DNA from: an uncultured bacterium
Lineage (GTDB): Bacteria > Patescibacteriota > JABMPQ01 > CAVVCK01
Reading direction: 5' to 3'
Assembly: GCA_963746775.1 (NCBI GenBank)
Contig: CAVVCK010000001.1
Location: 483,151 to 547,150 of the forward strand
DNA length: 64,000 nt
The notes under the pieces: model-generated
Database searches by the model: none
What the model saw: the letters and a program-made list of their open reading frames with translations, nothing else
What the model was told of the DNA's origin: nothing
Part shown: positions 1 to 9,931 of the stretch, one piece after another
Position numbering within the stretch: position 1 is the first letter of the stretch
Layout of the letters: each line of letters starts with the position of its first letter
Translations under genes and position numbers: made by a program

Positions 1-2535
1 AAATTTTGGCGCCGGATCATCAGTTGATTTTACAAAATCATTACCTGTTAAAGATTCAATATTAGTTACCACCCAAGTAGATTTATTTTCATCAGCCCTA
101 AAATTTTGCACTTGAGTGGGAGGAGTAGTGTCTATTAAAAATTTTAAATAAGGAGCATCACCTAATTGATTAGTATTAGATGGATTAACATTACCCACTT
201 TATCTTTCGAAGTTATAGCCATGGTGTGCCAGCCCTCAGCCAATTCTGGTGCCGTCCAATTTAGCGTATTGCCAATAAAAGTATCAATCCCTCCCTGACC
301 ATCCGGCGTAGGATCATCAATGGCCACATAATAGCCATCAATTCCAGAATTAGCATCATAAGCGCTGTCCCATTTAAAAGAAGGGGTGGTATCCTGAGTA
401 GCGCTTTCCAGCCAAATTGTTTTATTAGTATCACCTTTTAAATTTTTAATTTTAGTAGGCGCTTCCCCATCAATATAAATTTCAAATTTAGCTGGTGAAT
501 TTTTATATAAATCATTTTCTTGGCCATTATAGAGAGCAAATATTTCTTGAAAATTATTAGAATTATTAGGCGACTTTATTTTAAATTGATATTTTATTTT
601 CTCTCCTGGCTTAACTTCTCTGTTCAGTAAAGTAGGCTGCCATTGATTCGGCCAATCAGAGGTGCTAAAAATACTATTTCTCTTGTGCGGATAAGTAGTA
701 ATTAAATTGGGTGAATTATTTTTGCCAGTAAACCAGGTAGCCTCGCCCGTATTTTCATATTCAATCCATAATTCTTTTTCCTCTCCTGGCCGCATATAAA
801 TTTTTTTATCAGATTGAGAAACAGCCTGAGCATCAAAAACACCCGCCTCATTTTCACCGCCTCCTCCCTGTTCTCCAATACTATCTCCAAAAAAGTTAAT
901 ATGATCATTGCTCTCCGTCGCTAGAATTAATTCTTCTCCTTCTGACTGAGGATTAATATTAGAAGCCGCAATATCGCTTAAATTCTGCTTATCCGGCGCG
1001 ATAATATAACCCGCTTTAGATAAAAGCCCTCCCCAAGCTTGATTCAAATCCCGATCCCAATAAAAATAGACTTTATTTTGATTGCCAGAAGCTAGCACTG
1101 CCAAATAATCTCTTACTCCATCATTGCCCTTGAATTTGCCCGTAACCATTTCTTTAACAAATCCGCCTGAAGCTCCATCAACATAGCCTTGTTTTTTAAA
1201 ATTTACTTCCTCAATCTGTCCTCGCCAATTTTTCTTATTGCTATAAAAATATTCATAGACATGATCATCATTACTGGTGGCTACCATTAATTCATCATAA
1301 CCATTGCCGTCTATATCCATACAAGCTAGAGCAGAAATAGTAGGATTGCCGTCATGCGCATCCAGCCAATTATGCTCAACTTTATCCACAGTAAAACCAA
1401 CTGCGCTCTTATGCCAATTATCAAACATATAAATATGATCATCAGCCTTAGTTGATACAAATAATTCGTCCCGACCATCATGATCAACATCGCCAGTGGT
1501 AATTTGATTAGCCTGCGGCCGACCGTCATGGGTATCCACGGAACCAACTAAAGAATTGTTATAATAAAAATATACCAAGTCAGATCCCTGGTATATAATA
1601 GCTAAATATTCTTTTGAGCCACCTTCAAATTTTCCAGAAACCATATCTTGTATTTTCTTGCCCTTGCCTTCTATTCTAGATAATTGATTAGCCGCCTGCC
1701 CTTCATATATTTTTTTTCCATTCCATTCCCCGTAAAAATAAACATCCTGATCAGGCGCATTAGTAGCCAAATGAAATCCCTGCACCGATCCGCCGAAATT
1801 GCCGGAAGATAGGTGAGTTGCTTTTGGACTATTGGAATGGGCGTCTAACCAGCCGATGTGGTTGAGAGAGAAGGGGGTGATTTGGGAAGTGTTGGAAGAG
1901 GTGTTGGAATTGTTGGAGTTGTGGGAAGATGTATCTGCGCTAGAATTATTTGAATCAGAATTTGTACTTTGGACTGAAGAAGAATCGGGCGTATACCCTG
2001 GAATTCTGAGCCAGCCTTGGACTTGATAAACTCCAGTAGGAGAAATATAATACTTGCCATTATCAACTGTTAACTTTAATTTTCTAGTAGCACTATTTCT
2101 GCTCCAATTTTGCTCAATAATATTTACATAATCATCACCTACTTCGGTTATTATAGCTACATGACCATAGCCGCCGCCACTAAAAGTTAATAAATCATCT
2201 GGCTGGGGAGATATTGAACCATTATTAGGATTAGCCTCAAGACCTTTGGATGCAGCATTTCCAAAATAATTTCCTCCGTCTCCTGATCCACGCATATTTT
2301 TCCAACCCAAAGCTTTTACATAAAAACGATTAACATATTCAACACATTGAAACTGATAACCATATTCTTTATAAGGTCCATTTACCCCGTGCGTATTGCC
2401 ATTAGAATATGCGTTTACTCCTTTATAAGATCCTATTTCAACACCAAAATCCGCTGCAAAAGAAAAATTAATTATAAATAAACTAAAAACTAAACAAAAA
2501 CAAACAATTAGAAAAATTTGATATTTATTTTTCAT
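1..2535 (-). CDS. secreted CHAP-domain peptidoglycan hydrolase fused to FG-GAP/VCBS-type repeats (partial; C-terminus runs off window start)
   Basis: Minus-strand frame open from ATG at 2535 to position 1 (845 codons). N-terminal signal peptide MKNKYQIFLIVCFCLVFSLFIINFS. CHAP-like Cys/His context (QCVEYVNRFY ... GHVAIITEV). Repeated DxDxDG motifs (DVDHDGRDELFV, DIDGNGYDELMV). SD AGGGGGT upstream. Absent from the ORF track because there is no in-window stop. Confidence 0.6.
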   Translation of the reverse strand, partial: MKNKYQIFLIVCFCLVFSLFIINFSFAADFGVEIGSYKGVNAYSNGNTHGVNGPYKEYGYQFQCVEYVNRFYVKALGWKNMRGSGDGGNYFGNAASKGLEANPNNGSISPQPDDLLTFSGGGYGHVAIITEVGDDYVNIIEQNWSRNSATRKLKLTVDNGKYYISPTGVYQVQGWLRIPGYTPDSSSVQSTNSDSNNSSADTSSHNSNNSNTSSNTSQITPFSLNHIGWLDAHSNSPKATHLSSGNFGGSVQGFHLATNAPDQDVYFYGEWNGKKIYEGQAANQLSRIEGKGKKIQDMVSGKFEGGSKEYLAIIYQGSDLVYFYYNNSLVGSVDTHDGRPQANQITTGDVDHDGRDELFVSTKADDHIYMFDNWHKSAVGFTVDKVEHNWLDAHDGNPTISALACMDIDGNGYDELMVATSNDDHVYEYFYSNKKNWRGQIEEVNFKKQGYVDGASGGFVKEMVTGKFKGNDGVRDYLAVLASGNQNKVYFYWDRDLNQAWGGLLSKAGYIIAPDKQNLSDIAASNINPQSEGEELILATESNDHINFFGDSIGEQGGGGENEAGVFDAQAVSQSDKKIYMRPGEEKELWIEYENTGEATWFTGKNNSPNLITTYPHKRNSIFSTSDWPNQWQPTLLNREVKPGEKIKYQFKIKSPNNSNNFQEIFALYNGQENDLYKNSPAKFEIYIDGEAPTKIKNLKGDTNKTIWLESATQDTTPSFKWDSAYDANSGIDGYYVAIDDPTPDGQGGIDTFIGNTLNWTAPELAEGWHTMAITSKDKVGNVNPSNTNQLGDAPYLKFLIDTTPPTQVQNFRADENKSTWVVTNIESLTGNDFVKSTDDPAPKF

Positions 2536-2561
2536 TTAACCCCCTATTAAATAAAAAATCG

Positions 2562-3125
2562 TTATGGATTTAATTTAAAAGTATCAATTATTCTCTCTAT
2601 ATCTGTATTCAATTCTTTAATTTCACAATCTGGCATACCCACACAATCATTACTACTAGAATAATAGAGTAAATATTTGTTATTTCTTGTAATATATTTT
2701 TGTGGATAATCTATAATAGAAGGATCATTTTCGTCTTCTGTTTTGACAATCTGTATTTGAATATATTGATTTAATCCTTTTGAACTTAAAAGTATTGATT
2801 TATAAATTTTAGATCCCTCGAAAATTTTAACATTTTCTTCATTTAATTTGCCCCATTCTTTCGGATACCTCAAACTAAACCCATACTCTTCATTTTCATA
2901 GGTGAACCAATTAGAAGTATCAATTTCATTTGAATTCTCATTATTATCTTCTGTATTTTTAACATTGTCTTCTTCCTGATTCTCCTCATTCGAAATTTCC
3001 GCCGCCGGAGCTTTGGCTTCTTTGTAGGCTACAAAATAATATAAAATAAGCAGTAAAAAAATCGCTAAAACAATAAAAACAATAAAATAAATTTTTTTGC
3101 TCTTTTTCTTTTTTTCTTCTGCCAT
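2562..3125 (-). CDS. N-terminally membrane-anchored acidic low-complexity protein, hypothetical
   Basis: 187-aa ORF. Lys-rich start followed by a TM helix (IYFIVFIVLAIFLLLILYYFVAY), then an E/N/D-rich region. Lies 26 bp upstream of the CHAP gene on the same strand, so likely the same operon. Confidence 0.5.
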   Translation of the reverse strand: MAEEKKKKSKKIYFIVFIVLAIFLLLILYYFVAYKEAKAPAAEISNEENQEEDNVKNTEDNNENSNEIDTSNWFTYENEEYGFSLRYPKEWGKLNEENVKIFEGSKIYKSILLSSKGLNQYIQIQIVKTEDENDPSIIDYPQKYITRNNKYLLYYSSSNDCVGMPDCEIKELNTDIERIIDTFKLNP

Positions 3126-3376
3126 TTTTTTATAAATTAAACTAAAAAATTCCCATCAAAAAGTTTGGGAAATTATAAATTAATAATATCATTATTAAAT
3201 AAATTTTTGTTGCCTCCATCAACATTTTTTATTTTGAATAATAAATTTTTTGTTCTCTATTTTAAGTTAGCACTAAAACAAATCCAGGTCAAAATAATTT
3301 TTGTGGATAAAAATTTTGAACAAGATTTATTTCCCTCCGAGAAGAATGCCCGGAGGGTTTCAAAGATCAAAACCTG

Positions 3377-3502
3377 TTAGAGGTCTCTCTTCTTTTTCTT
3401 ATGTACTTCTCTCCTTTCCAGGGCATACTTTGTTGCTACATCCGACGCCGCTGTAATTACAAAATACAATAAAATGACAAGAACTACCACACTAACAAAC
3501 AT
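3377..3502 (-). CDS. possible small single-TM protein (41 aa), hypothetical
   Basis: ATG preceded by a GGAGGAGGAGG run. Product MFVSVVVLVILLYFVITAASDVATKYALERREVHKKKKRDL is one hydrophobic helix plus a basic tail. Not in the ORF track (too short). Confidence 0.25.
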   Translation of the reverse strand: MFVSVVVLVILLYFVITAASDVATKYALERREVHKKKKRDL

Positions 3503-3610
3503 CCTCCTCCTCCATTGCAAGTTGATAAATTTTTACTCCTAATTCCCTTATTTGTCAATATATCCTTTATTTTTAAATAAAAAAGTATTAGAATATATTT
3601 AAAATAAAAT

Positions 3611-4495
3611 ATGAATGAAAAATTAGAGGGTGAATTTATACCTGAAGATCTGGCAATAAGCGATCAGGAAGAGCTAGATCCAGAAAATAAAGAAGAAGAA
3701 ATAACCATAGAAGCAAAATACGAAGGCGAAAATCCTAAGCTTTTTGTAATAGAATTAATCAAAGATGCTCATGTTAAAGGAGTCAAGCTGACTTTCAAGG
3801 AGGTTATGAAACAGATTGAAGAAGCTATACAAGAAAAAGACGAAGGAGAAGAAAAATTCAGCTTCGAGAAAAGCATACAAACTAAATCTGCTGATATTAT
3901 AATTCCCAAAGGAATAACTTTTTCAATTAAAGCCAAGCCTTCTGAAACAATACAGTCGGCAGAAGAACAGCCAGAAGAAGATGATCTCGATTTCGATGAC
4001 GATGATGAGCAAAAAGAGGAAAGAGAATCACAAAGAAAAAAGGACAAAGATGAAAAAGAAGATGATATATTTGAAACAGAATTGATGAAAGTAAGAGATG
4101 CCCTCGAAACCACTGAGGGAACAATCTTAAATCGATCTTTAGAGAAAATAAAAGAAATAGGGAAAAGGTTAGTAAATAAACTAAAGGGCTTGGGAAATAA
4201 TCCATTAGAATCAGAAATTCCTGAACCAGATAATATTCAAACAGATAGCTTAGAATTATTAAGATTTTTAGAAGAAGCAGAAGAAAATGGCAGTAAATTA
4301 ACTAAAAAACTTAAAGAAGACTTTGACATAAACCTTACAAGAAGTCTTGTTCCTAGTGAATATATCCTAGCTTATTTGTATAAAATATATAAAGAGAAGG
4401 GCGTAGAAATACCTGATAAAATACTTAATTCAAGGCGTTCGGGTAGCTCGCCAGATACTTTACAAAAAGCAGTAGATATAGAAAGATTGAAATAA
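3611..4495 (+). CDS. highly acidic (Glu/Asp-rich) hypothetical protein
   Basis: 294-aa ORF with long E/D/K low-complexity stretches and no recognisable domain. Followed by a terminator hairpin. Confidence 0.5.
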   Translation: MNEKLEGEFIPEDLAISDQEELDPENKEEEITIEAKYEGENPKLFVIELIKDAHVKGVKLTFKEVMKQIEEAIQEKDEGEEKFSFEKSIQTKSADIIIPKGITFSIKAKPSETIQSAEEQPEEDDLDFDDDDEQKEERESQRKKDKDEKEDDIFETELMKVRDALETTEGTILNRSLEKIKEIGKRLVNKLKGLGNNPLESEIPEPDNIQTDSLELLRFLEEAEENGSKLTKKLKEDFDINLTRSLVPSEYILAYLYKIYKEKGVEIPDKILNSRRSGSSPDTLQKAVDIERLK

Positions 4496-4507
4496 ATTTT
4501 TACATTA

Positions 4508-4538
4508 CAAAAAAGCGGGTATAAAACCCGCTTTTTAT
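4508..4538. terminator. bidirectional intrinsic terminator hairpin (AAAAGCGGGT-ATAAA-ACCCGCTTTTT)
   Basis: GC stem flanked by an A-run and a T-run, between convergent genes 3611..4495(+) and 4553..5620(-). Confidence 0.55.
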
Positions 4539-4552
4539 TTTTACAATAGCTA

Positions 4553-5620
4553 CTAATAAACAGTAAGCATAAACCCTACTTCCGTAGCACCTACTTGTGC
4601 AGCATCAAAAGGCGCAACCATTAGCATATCCGGATATTCACTATTGCTATTAGTGGAAACACCCATAAAGGCTGGTGGACCTTGTTGTCCGGTCGAATCA
4701 TTGTTAACAACAGCACTCCAATATCTACTAATAACATTAAACTCAAAAGTTAAGAGATACGTGCCCTGCATATCTTCACAGCTTATAGTAGAATTATCAT
4801 AAGTCCATTGCCTTGTACAGCTTCCATCACTCTCTACATAGACTAAAGCTTTGACTGCCCCATTGTCAGCTAAACTCTGATTTATATCTCCTTGAGTTGA
4901 TATATCTCCACTAACGTTAAGACTTCCTATGCTTAAACTAGCTTGAGAAGAAACATCACTACCTGTTATCGTCCCATTAGTTATCATGCTAGAGGTAACA
5001 CTAGATACATTCAAAGTTACATCTCCTGATTCCCCTCCTCCACTAAGTCCATCTCCTGCTATTATAGAAGTTATTCCACCACTACCACTGTCTCCTCCAG
5101 ATTGATCAACCCATACTAAACTTTCTCCGTCATAAGATAAAACTTGATCACTGGAAGGATTATTACTAGTTGCAATATTATCAGTATGAATAACATCGCT
5201 ACCTACAATATTACCCACCTTAACATCACCATTAAAATAAGCATCTTCAAAAGGTCTTAGAGTACTTCCTATATCTACTGAATCCCCCCAAGAAAATAAG
5301 CTGTTTTCTATTTTAATATGACCTTCCATTCCAGTTAAAGAGCCGTATATTTTAACATCATCACCAAGAGCAATTTCACCAGAAGGATTTATTATAGTGC
5401 CATAAGCAAAAATAACTCCACCGTCTTCTTTATTTCCTATATGAACTGAGTTAAACCTTGCTGTACTATCTACGGTAATATCTTCTTTATATTTTATAGT
5501 AGAAGCTGGTTGTAATAAATCAGCTTGAGAAGAAGCAAGAGCAGCGTTCGTTAAAAAAAACAATAAAGAAAATACGCTCAAAGAAAGAGTTGTCTTTAAT
5601 AAAAAGTTACCTGTTTTCAT
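4553..5620 (-). CDS. secreted Ser/Thr/Gly-rich protein, hypothetical
   Basis: 355 aa with a signal peptide (MKTGNFLLKTTLSLSVFSLLFFLTNAALASS). G/S/T/D-rich repetitive body. Local GC is somewhat above the window average. Confidence 0.5.
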   Translation of the reverse strand: MKTGNFLLKTTLSLSVFSLLFFLTNAALASSQADLLQPASTIKYKEDITVDSTARFNSVHIGNKEDGGVIFAYGTIINPSGEIALGDDVKIYGSLTGMEGHIKIENSLFSWGDSVDIGSTLRPFEDAYFNGDVKVGNIVGSDVIHTDNIATSNNPSSDQVLSYDGESLVWVDQSGGDSGSGGITSIIAGDGLSGGGESGDVTLNVSSVTSSMITNGTITGSDVSSQASLSIGSLNVSGDISTQGDINQSLADNGAVKALVYVESDGSCTRQWTYDNSTISCEDMQGTYLLTFEFNVISRYWSAVVNNDSTGQQGPPAFMGVSTNSNSEYPDMLMVAPFDAAQVGATEVGFMLTVY

Positions 5621-5749
5621 TTTTTTTTATTTAATATTTTTTATACCAATACATAATAGCAAATTTTTTAAAACCTGTACAAATCTTTTTTAGAGCTAGC
5701 AATAAAGCATACTCCAATAGAATATTTGCAAAAATAACTTTCCTAAATT

Positions 5750-6742
5750 TTAAACTATTCCAAATAGCCTTCCAATAAAAAATAGATAAAGCACTATATA
5801 CATCGCCCCTTCATAAATATGAATTCTTCTAGAAATACCGGAAATTACAAATAAGAATGTCGCCACAATCATCACTGGCACACCCAATGCAAAAGTTTGA
5901 TCATCCACCTGTAAAGTTTTAAATAATCCCGGCACACCTACTACAAATAAAATATTGAAAATATTTGAACCGAAGATTCCTCCCAAAGCCATTTCCGCTT
6001 TTTTATTCCAGGCAGCCTTAACCGATACTAATAATTCCGGTAAAGATGTGCCAACAGAAGCAGCAGCTAAGGCAATCACGCCCGTACTAATATTGAAAAT
6101 AACAGATAATTCAATCATAGCATCTACAAAATATTTAGAGCCTACCAGTAAGAAAGCTAGCCCGATAATTAAAATTATTATATCTTTAGCTGTAATTTTC
6201 GGTCTTTCCTTGATTTCTTGCTTAGACATAGTAACTTCGTGCTTTCTTCTCTCGGCTCTGCCCGGTAATTTTTCTTTTTTCTCATCTTCCTTATCTTCTT
6301 TATATAATATGGAATATAAAATATATATAACAAATAAAACAAGTAAAACTATAGATTCACCTAAAACTATTTTTTGGTCTAAAACAACTCCTAAAAAGAC
6401 GACTGTGCTGATAGCAATAAGGGGTATGTCCAAATCTATTAAATTTTTAGTAACCGCTAATTTCCCGCCAATTATAGAAGCAATACCAATAATAAGTAAT
6501 ATATTAGCAATATTAGATCCAATCACACCAGCTGTAACTATTTCTGTTTGATCTTTAAAAACTGCCACCATGGAAGAAACTACTTCAGGAAAAGATGTAC
6601 CTATACCAACTATAACTACACCTACTATAAAAGGAGGAAGACCAATAGCTAAGCCTATTTTTTCTGCACTTTTAAGCAACCAGTCAGCTCCTTTGACTAG
6701 AGCAGCTAAAGATACAATAAAGACCACAATCCAAAATATCAC
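5750..6742 (-). CDS. Na+/Ca2+ exchanger family (CaCA, YrbG-like) membrane protein
   Basis: Two alpha-repeat signatures (GTSFPEVVSSMVA and GTSLPELLVSVKAA) in a ~330-aa polytopic protein. Confidence 0.7.
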   Translation of the reverse strand: MIFWIVVFIVSLAALVKGADWLLKSAEKIGLAIGLPPFIVGVVIVGIGTSFPEVVSSMVAVFKDQTEIVTAGVIGSNIANILLIIGIASIIGGKLAVTKNLIDLDIPLIAISTVVFLGVVLDQKIVLGESIVLLVLFVIYILYSILYKEDKEDEKKEKLPGRAERRKHEVTMSKQEIKERPKITAKDIIILIIGLAFLLVGSKYFVDAMIELSVIFNISTGVIALAAASVGTSLPELLVSVKAAWNKKAEMALGGIFGSNIFNILFVVGVPGLFKTLQVDDQTFALGVPVMIVATFLFVISGISRRIHIYEGAMYIVLYLFFIGRLFGIV

Positions 6743-6902
6743 TTTTTTGTTTTTATTTTTGTTTTTTATATATAAAAGAAATATTTACTTTATTATATTA
6801 TAGCAAAAATTTGACTTTTTAGCAAATATTTCTTTAGAAATTGATTTTCGCTTACGAGAGTAAGCGAGATATATAAAGGTGCATGTATTGGAGAGATTCG
6901 TT

Positions 6903-7319
6903 TTACTTATTAATTTCTTTAATATTATCTATTTCTTGTCGTACTTTTACTGTTTCCAGTTCTATTCCTGCCGCTTCTCTCTGCAATTTTTCTATAGCAA
7001 CACGGTGTTTCAGAATTTCTATTTCCATTCTTCTTTGCGCCATTTCTTGAGCCAATTGGCCTTCATCTTTTTTTATAGCCGCAGCGTAAGCTTCAGCGAT
7101 CAGATATCGCACAAAAGATTCTTCACTTTCCCTCTGCGCATTATATAAATCACTTTTTACCTTTTCTCGCATAGCTTCCAGCTCAGTCTCACCCCTAGGC
7201 AAACCCAACTGCCATAGCTTTTGAACATACAAAATCAATATTATCGCAGCAGCTGTAGCTGCCACCAAGAAAGCCACCAGAATAGCAATGACCAGAATTT
7301 CAATGATCATCTCCAACAT
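6903..7319 (-). CDS. membrane-anchored coiled-coil protein, hypothetical
   Basis: N-terminal TM helix followed by an A/E/K/R/Q-rich predicted coiled coil. Confidence 0.45.
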   Translation of the reverse strand: MLEMIIEILVIAILVAFLVAATAAAIILILYVQKLWQLGLPRGETELEAMREKVKSDLYNAQRESEESFVRYLIAEAYAAAIKKDEGQLAQEMAQRRMEIEILKHRVAIEKLQREAAGIELETVKVRQEIDNIKEINK

Positions 7320-7469
7320 TTCATTCCTCCTTTTTCAATCTCCAAGCATCTCCTTCGTGCTTGGGGATTTATAATATTATCAATTGATATTTTAAAGTCA
7401 AACACTAAAAAGAAGCTTCTAATTAGAAGCTTCTTTTACAAAACATTATTTTAAAGGATAGGGCGAAGA

Positions 7470-7856
7470 CTATGTTTTACTTTGTTTTTCCATAGTTTCG
7501 CCTTGGCTGGAGAAGGTAAATTTAACTGAGCTTCTAGTAGCACTCATCTGTACATTTTCTAATTTATGTACTCCTCTGCTTTGAGCACTTTCCAAAGCGT
7601 ACCTCAAAACTTTGATTTTTTCCTTAAGCTTCTTGCCATATACTCCGATTAATATTTCCACCTTGCCAGAATCCAACACATAAATTCTAATACTATAGAA
7701 TTTTCTCTCCCACATCATGTGCTTCTCAGGATCAATAAGATCATTCATCACTGCTTGGAGATAATCATTTTTCTTGCTGTCGTCCCTAATAAAAGTGGAA
7801 ATCCAATAACCCAGTATCAGTTTAACTACTTCCCATCTTTTATCTTCAGGTTTCAT
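7470..7856 (-). CDS. hypothetical protein (faint RelE/ParE-like C-terminal pattern, unconfirmed)
   Basis: 128-aa ORF. The motif YSIRIYVLDSGKVEILIGVYGKK loosely resembles the toxin beta-sheet core. No partner antitoxin ORF upstream. Confidence 0.35.
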   Translation of the reverse strand: MKPEDKRWEVVKLILGYWISTFIRDDSKKNDYLQAVMNDLIDPEKHMMWERKFYSIRIYVLDSGKVEILIGVYGKKLKEKIKVLRYALESAQSRGVHKLENVQMSATRSSVKFTFSSQGETMEKQSKT

Positions 7857-7982
7857 TTTACCTTTCCTCGCTTAAAGAACGTGACCTATAAATATAGTAT
7901 AAATGATAGAAATAGCAAGCAAACAATATCTTTTCTAAATAAAAATACCCCGTTGAAAATAACGGGATATTTATGCCGAAGG

Positions 7983-8067
7983 CGGGAGTCGAACCCGCAT
8001 GACTTTAAAGGTCACAGGATTTTAAGTCCTGCGTGTATACCAGTTCCACCACTTCGGCTTATCTTTA
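7983..8067 (-). tRNA. tRNA-Leu (anticodon TAA), long variable arm
   Basis: Hand-folded from the reverse complement: acceptor GCCGAAG/CTTCGGC, anticodon loop CTTAAAA, T-arm GCGGGTTCGACTCCCGC. Confidence 0.8.
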
Positions 8068-8120
8068 TTGCTTTATACTATATTATATTTTATTATAAAG
8101 AAAATAAATAATTTAAAAAC

Positions 8121-8327
8121 ATGTCTGAACGTAGAGAACCAAGCGTAAATTTTAACGAAGAAGGCATTCAAATCTGCCCAACTTGCAAAAGGCCAGTAAC
8201 GGATAAATCTTCCGGTTGTAATAATTGCCTACATAGTGCCTATCGAGGTGAAAATCCTTTCGAACCAAGCCTGGAATCAGGTTATAAACCACCAGTACCT
8301 GAGGAAAAAACAGAGAAATCAAAATAG
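8121..8327 (+). CDS. small zinc-ribbon protein (CxxC ... CxxC), hypothetical
   Basis: 68 aa with CPTCKRPV ... CNNC. Followed by a T-rich terminator hairpin (aaagacaa ... ttgtcttttttt). Confidence 0.4.
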   Translation: MSERREPSVNFNEEGIQICPTCKRPVTDKSSGCNNCLHSAYRGENPFEPSLESGYKPPVPEEKTEKSK

Positions 8328-8417
8328 ATACAAACTGTCAAAGATGGAATAAAAAAGACAATTATAGAATAATTTTTGTCTTTTTTTAATATTTTGAAAA
8401 AACTTGCCGGTCTATTT

Positions 8418-9173
8418 TTAAAAACTTTCTACCTTCACTCTAATTAATCCTTCTCCTAGGGAAGCAATTTCTGAAAAAGCGCTATCAGATAAATCAATCA
8501 CTCTGCCAGAAATAAAAGGACCTCTATCAACTATTCTCACTATACAGGATTTATTATTATCCTTATTAGTTACCTTGACCTCATCACCTATTTCAAATTG
8601 ATTCATGGCAGCGGTCATTTCCTGCCCGTTATAATACCAACTAGCTAATCCTTCATATTCCTCTTTAGGAACAATGTCTTCCAAAACTACTATTTTGCTA
8701 TAAGGCAGATGTGTAATTGCTTTGACATAGCCGCTATTACTATCAGCATAGGAAGGTAACTCTATCCAGCCATTTTTATTGCTATCCCAATAATATAAGG
8801 ATTTTCGAGCCTTGCTTTCTGAATTATATTTCAAGGCTATCCAGGAAGGTTTTTTTACAATAATTGGATTATATTGAAGCCCAATCATATCAAAACTATA
8901 GGTATTAGAAACAATTTTCTTGCCTTTTGGTAAAGGATGCTTATCAATATTGATATCCTTAAGCGTCACCTGGACTTCTTGATCAACCTGATTAGGAGTT
9001 ACAGCAAAACGAATATCGTTATTATTATGCGTTACAGTGTAACCTTTAACAATGGTCTGCTTATCTATCCTAAGGTCGGTACTTACACTGCTGGCATCTA
9101 TACTGAAACAAAGAGCAAATAATCCTGAAAAAATAATTGTTAAAATAAAAAGGAGACTTTTAATCTTGGTCAT
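8418..9173 (-). CDS. rlpA: RlpA-like double-psi beta-barrel (septal ring lytic transglycosylase family) secreted protein
   Basis: Signal peptide. C-terminal DPBB signature ASWYYNGQEMTAAMNQFEIGDEVKVTNKDNNKSCIVRIVDRGPF ... IDLSDSAF. Confidence 0.65.
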   Translation of the reverse strand: MTKIKSLLFILTIIFSGLFALCFSIDASSVSTDLRIDKQTIVKGYTVTHNNNDIRFAVTPNQVDQEVQVTLKDINIDKHPLPKGKKIVSNTYSFDMIGLQYNPIIVKKPSWIALKYNSESKARKSLYYWDSNKNGWIELPSYADSNSGYVKAITHLPYSKIVVLEDIVPKEEYEGLASWYYNGQEMTAAMNQFEIGDEVKVTNKDNNKSCIVRIVDRGPFISGRVIDLSDSAFSEIASLGEGLIRVKVESF

Positions 9174-9197
9174 TTTGTGATTTTTTACTTTTTCCTC

Positions 9198-9653
9198 CTA
9201 ATTATTAATTATTTGAAATATTGCTATCCCACAGGCCACGGAAACATTTAAAGATTCTTTCTGGCCTTGCATGGGAATTTCTATTATTCTATCGCACTTA
9301 TTAAGTACTCGGCGAGGCAATCCTTCAACTTCAGCTCCCAGAATTATAGCTATTGGATATTTTGGTTTAAATTTAGAATAATTTAAACTTTCTTTGTTCT
9401 GCTCTAGGGCTACAATTTGAAATCCTTCTCTTTTTAGTTTATCAACAAGTCTTCCTGTTTGTCTATATCCCTCCCAATCTACATAATTTTCAGCACCTAG
9501 GGCCACTTTAGATATTCTGGAATGCGGAGGAATAGGTGTTATTCCACATAAATATATTTTATTAATCCCAGCCCCATCAGCCGTTCTAAATATTGAACCT
9601 ACATTATATCTACTTCTAATATTATGTAAAATTAAAACTATCTTTTTTTTCAT
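9198..9653 (-). CDS. SpoU/TrmH-family RNA 2'-O-methyltransferase
   Basis: SpoU motifs (GSIFRTADGAG; ILGAEVEGL; IPMQGQKESLNVSVACGIAIFQI). Start set at the internal ATG (MKKKIVLIL) because the longer track ORF would overlap tRNA-Cys. Confidence 0.65.
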   Translation of the reverse strand: MKKKIVLILHNIRSRYNVGSIFRTADGAGINKIYLCGITPIPPHSRISKVALGAENYVDWEGYRQTGRLVDKLKREGFQIVALEQNKESLNYSKFKPKYPIAIILGAEVEGLPRRVLNKCDRIIEIPMQGQKESLNVSVACGIAIFQIINN

Positions 9654-9654
9654 A

Positions 9655-9728
9655 TGGAGGCCTGGACCGGACTTGAACCGGTGTACTCGGTTTTGCAGAC
9701 CGATGCGTAACCACTCCGCCACCAGGCC
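9655..9728 (-). tRNA. tRNA-Cys (GCA), CCA encoded
   Basis: Hand-folded: acceptor GGCCTGG/CCAGGCC, anticodon stem-loop TCGGT-CTGCAAA-ACCGA, T-arm ACCGGTTCAAGTCCGGT. Confidence 0.8.
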
Positions 9729-9768
9729 CTTCAATCCGGATATTATAAAAATCTAATTATATTCCTAA

Positions 9769-9839
9769 GCGGGCAAGCAGAATCGAACTGCCGTCTCGTC
9801 CTTGGCAAGGACGCATAATAGCCACTATACGATGCCCGC
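9769..9839 (-). tRNA. tRNA-Gly (GCC)
   Basis: Hand-folded: acceptor GCGGGCA/TGCCCGC, anticodon loop TTGCCAA, T-loop TTCGATT. Confidence 0.8.
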
Positions 9840-9931
9840 CCGGTTAGAAATTTTGGTAAATTAGAGATACTGTTAATTAATATTTTGTAATAATCAACAG
9901 TAGAAGCATTACGAACCAATACTTCTAACCG
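9840..9931. repeat. tRNA-5'-abutting hairpin element with terminal inverted repeats, copy 1
   Basis: Left end CCGGTTAGAAATTTTGG and right end CCAATACTTCTAACCG are inverted. Starts at the first base after the tRNA-Gly 5' end. Same TIR family as 11654..11758 and 30591..30690. Confidence 0.6.

Noticed and set aside
5955-6551. 198-aa plus-strand ORF
   Set aside because: It is antisense to and embedded in the CaCA exchanger gene, which has clear family motifs.
6903-7319. ATP synthase subunit b assignment for the TM-plus-coiled-coil protein
   Set aside because: No other atp genes are nearby, and the resemblance is architectural only.
9654-9734. N-terminal extension of the TrmH-family ORF (MKGLVAEWLRIG ...) in the track
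   Set aside because: It overlaps the whole tRNA-Cys gene. An internal ATG (MKKKIVLIL) directly follows the tRNA.
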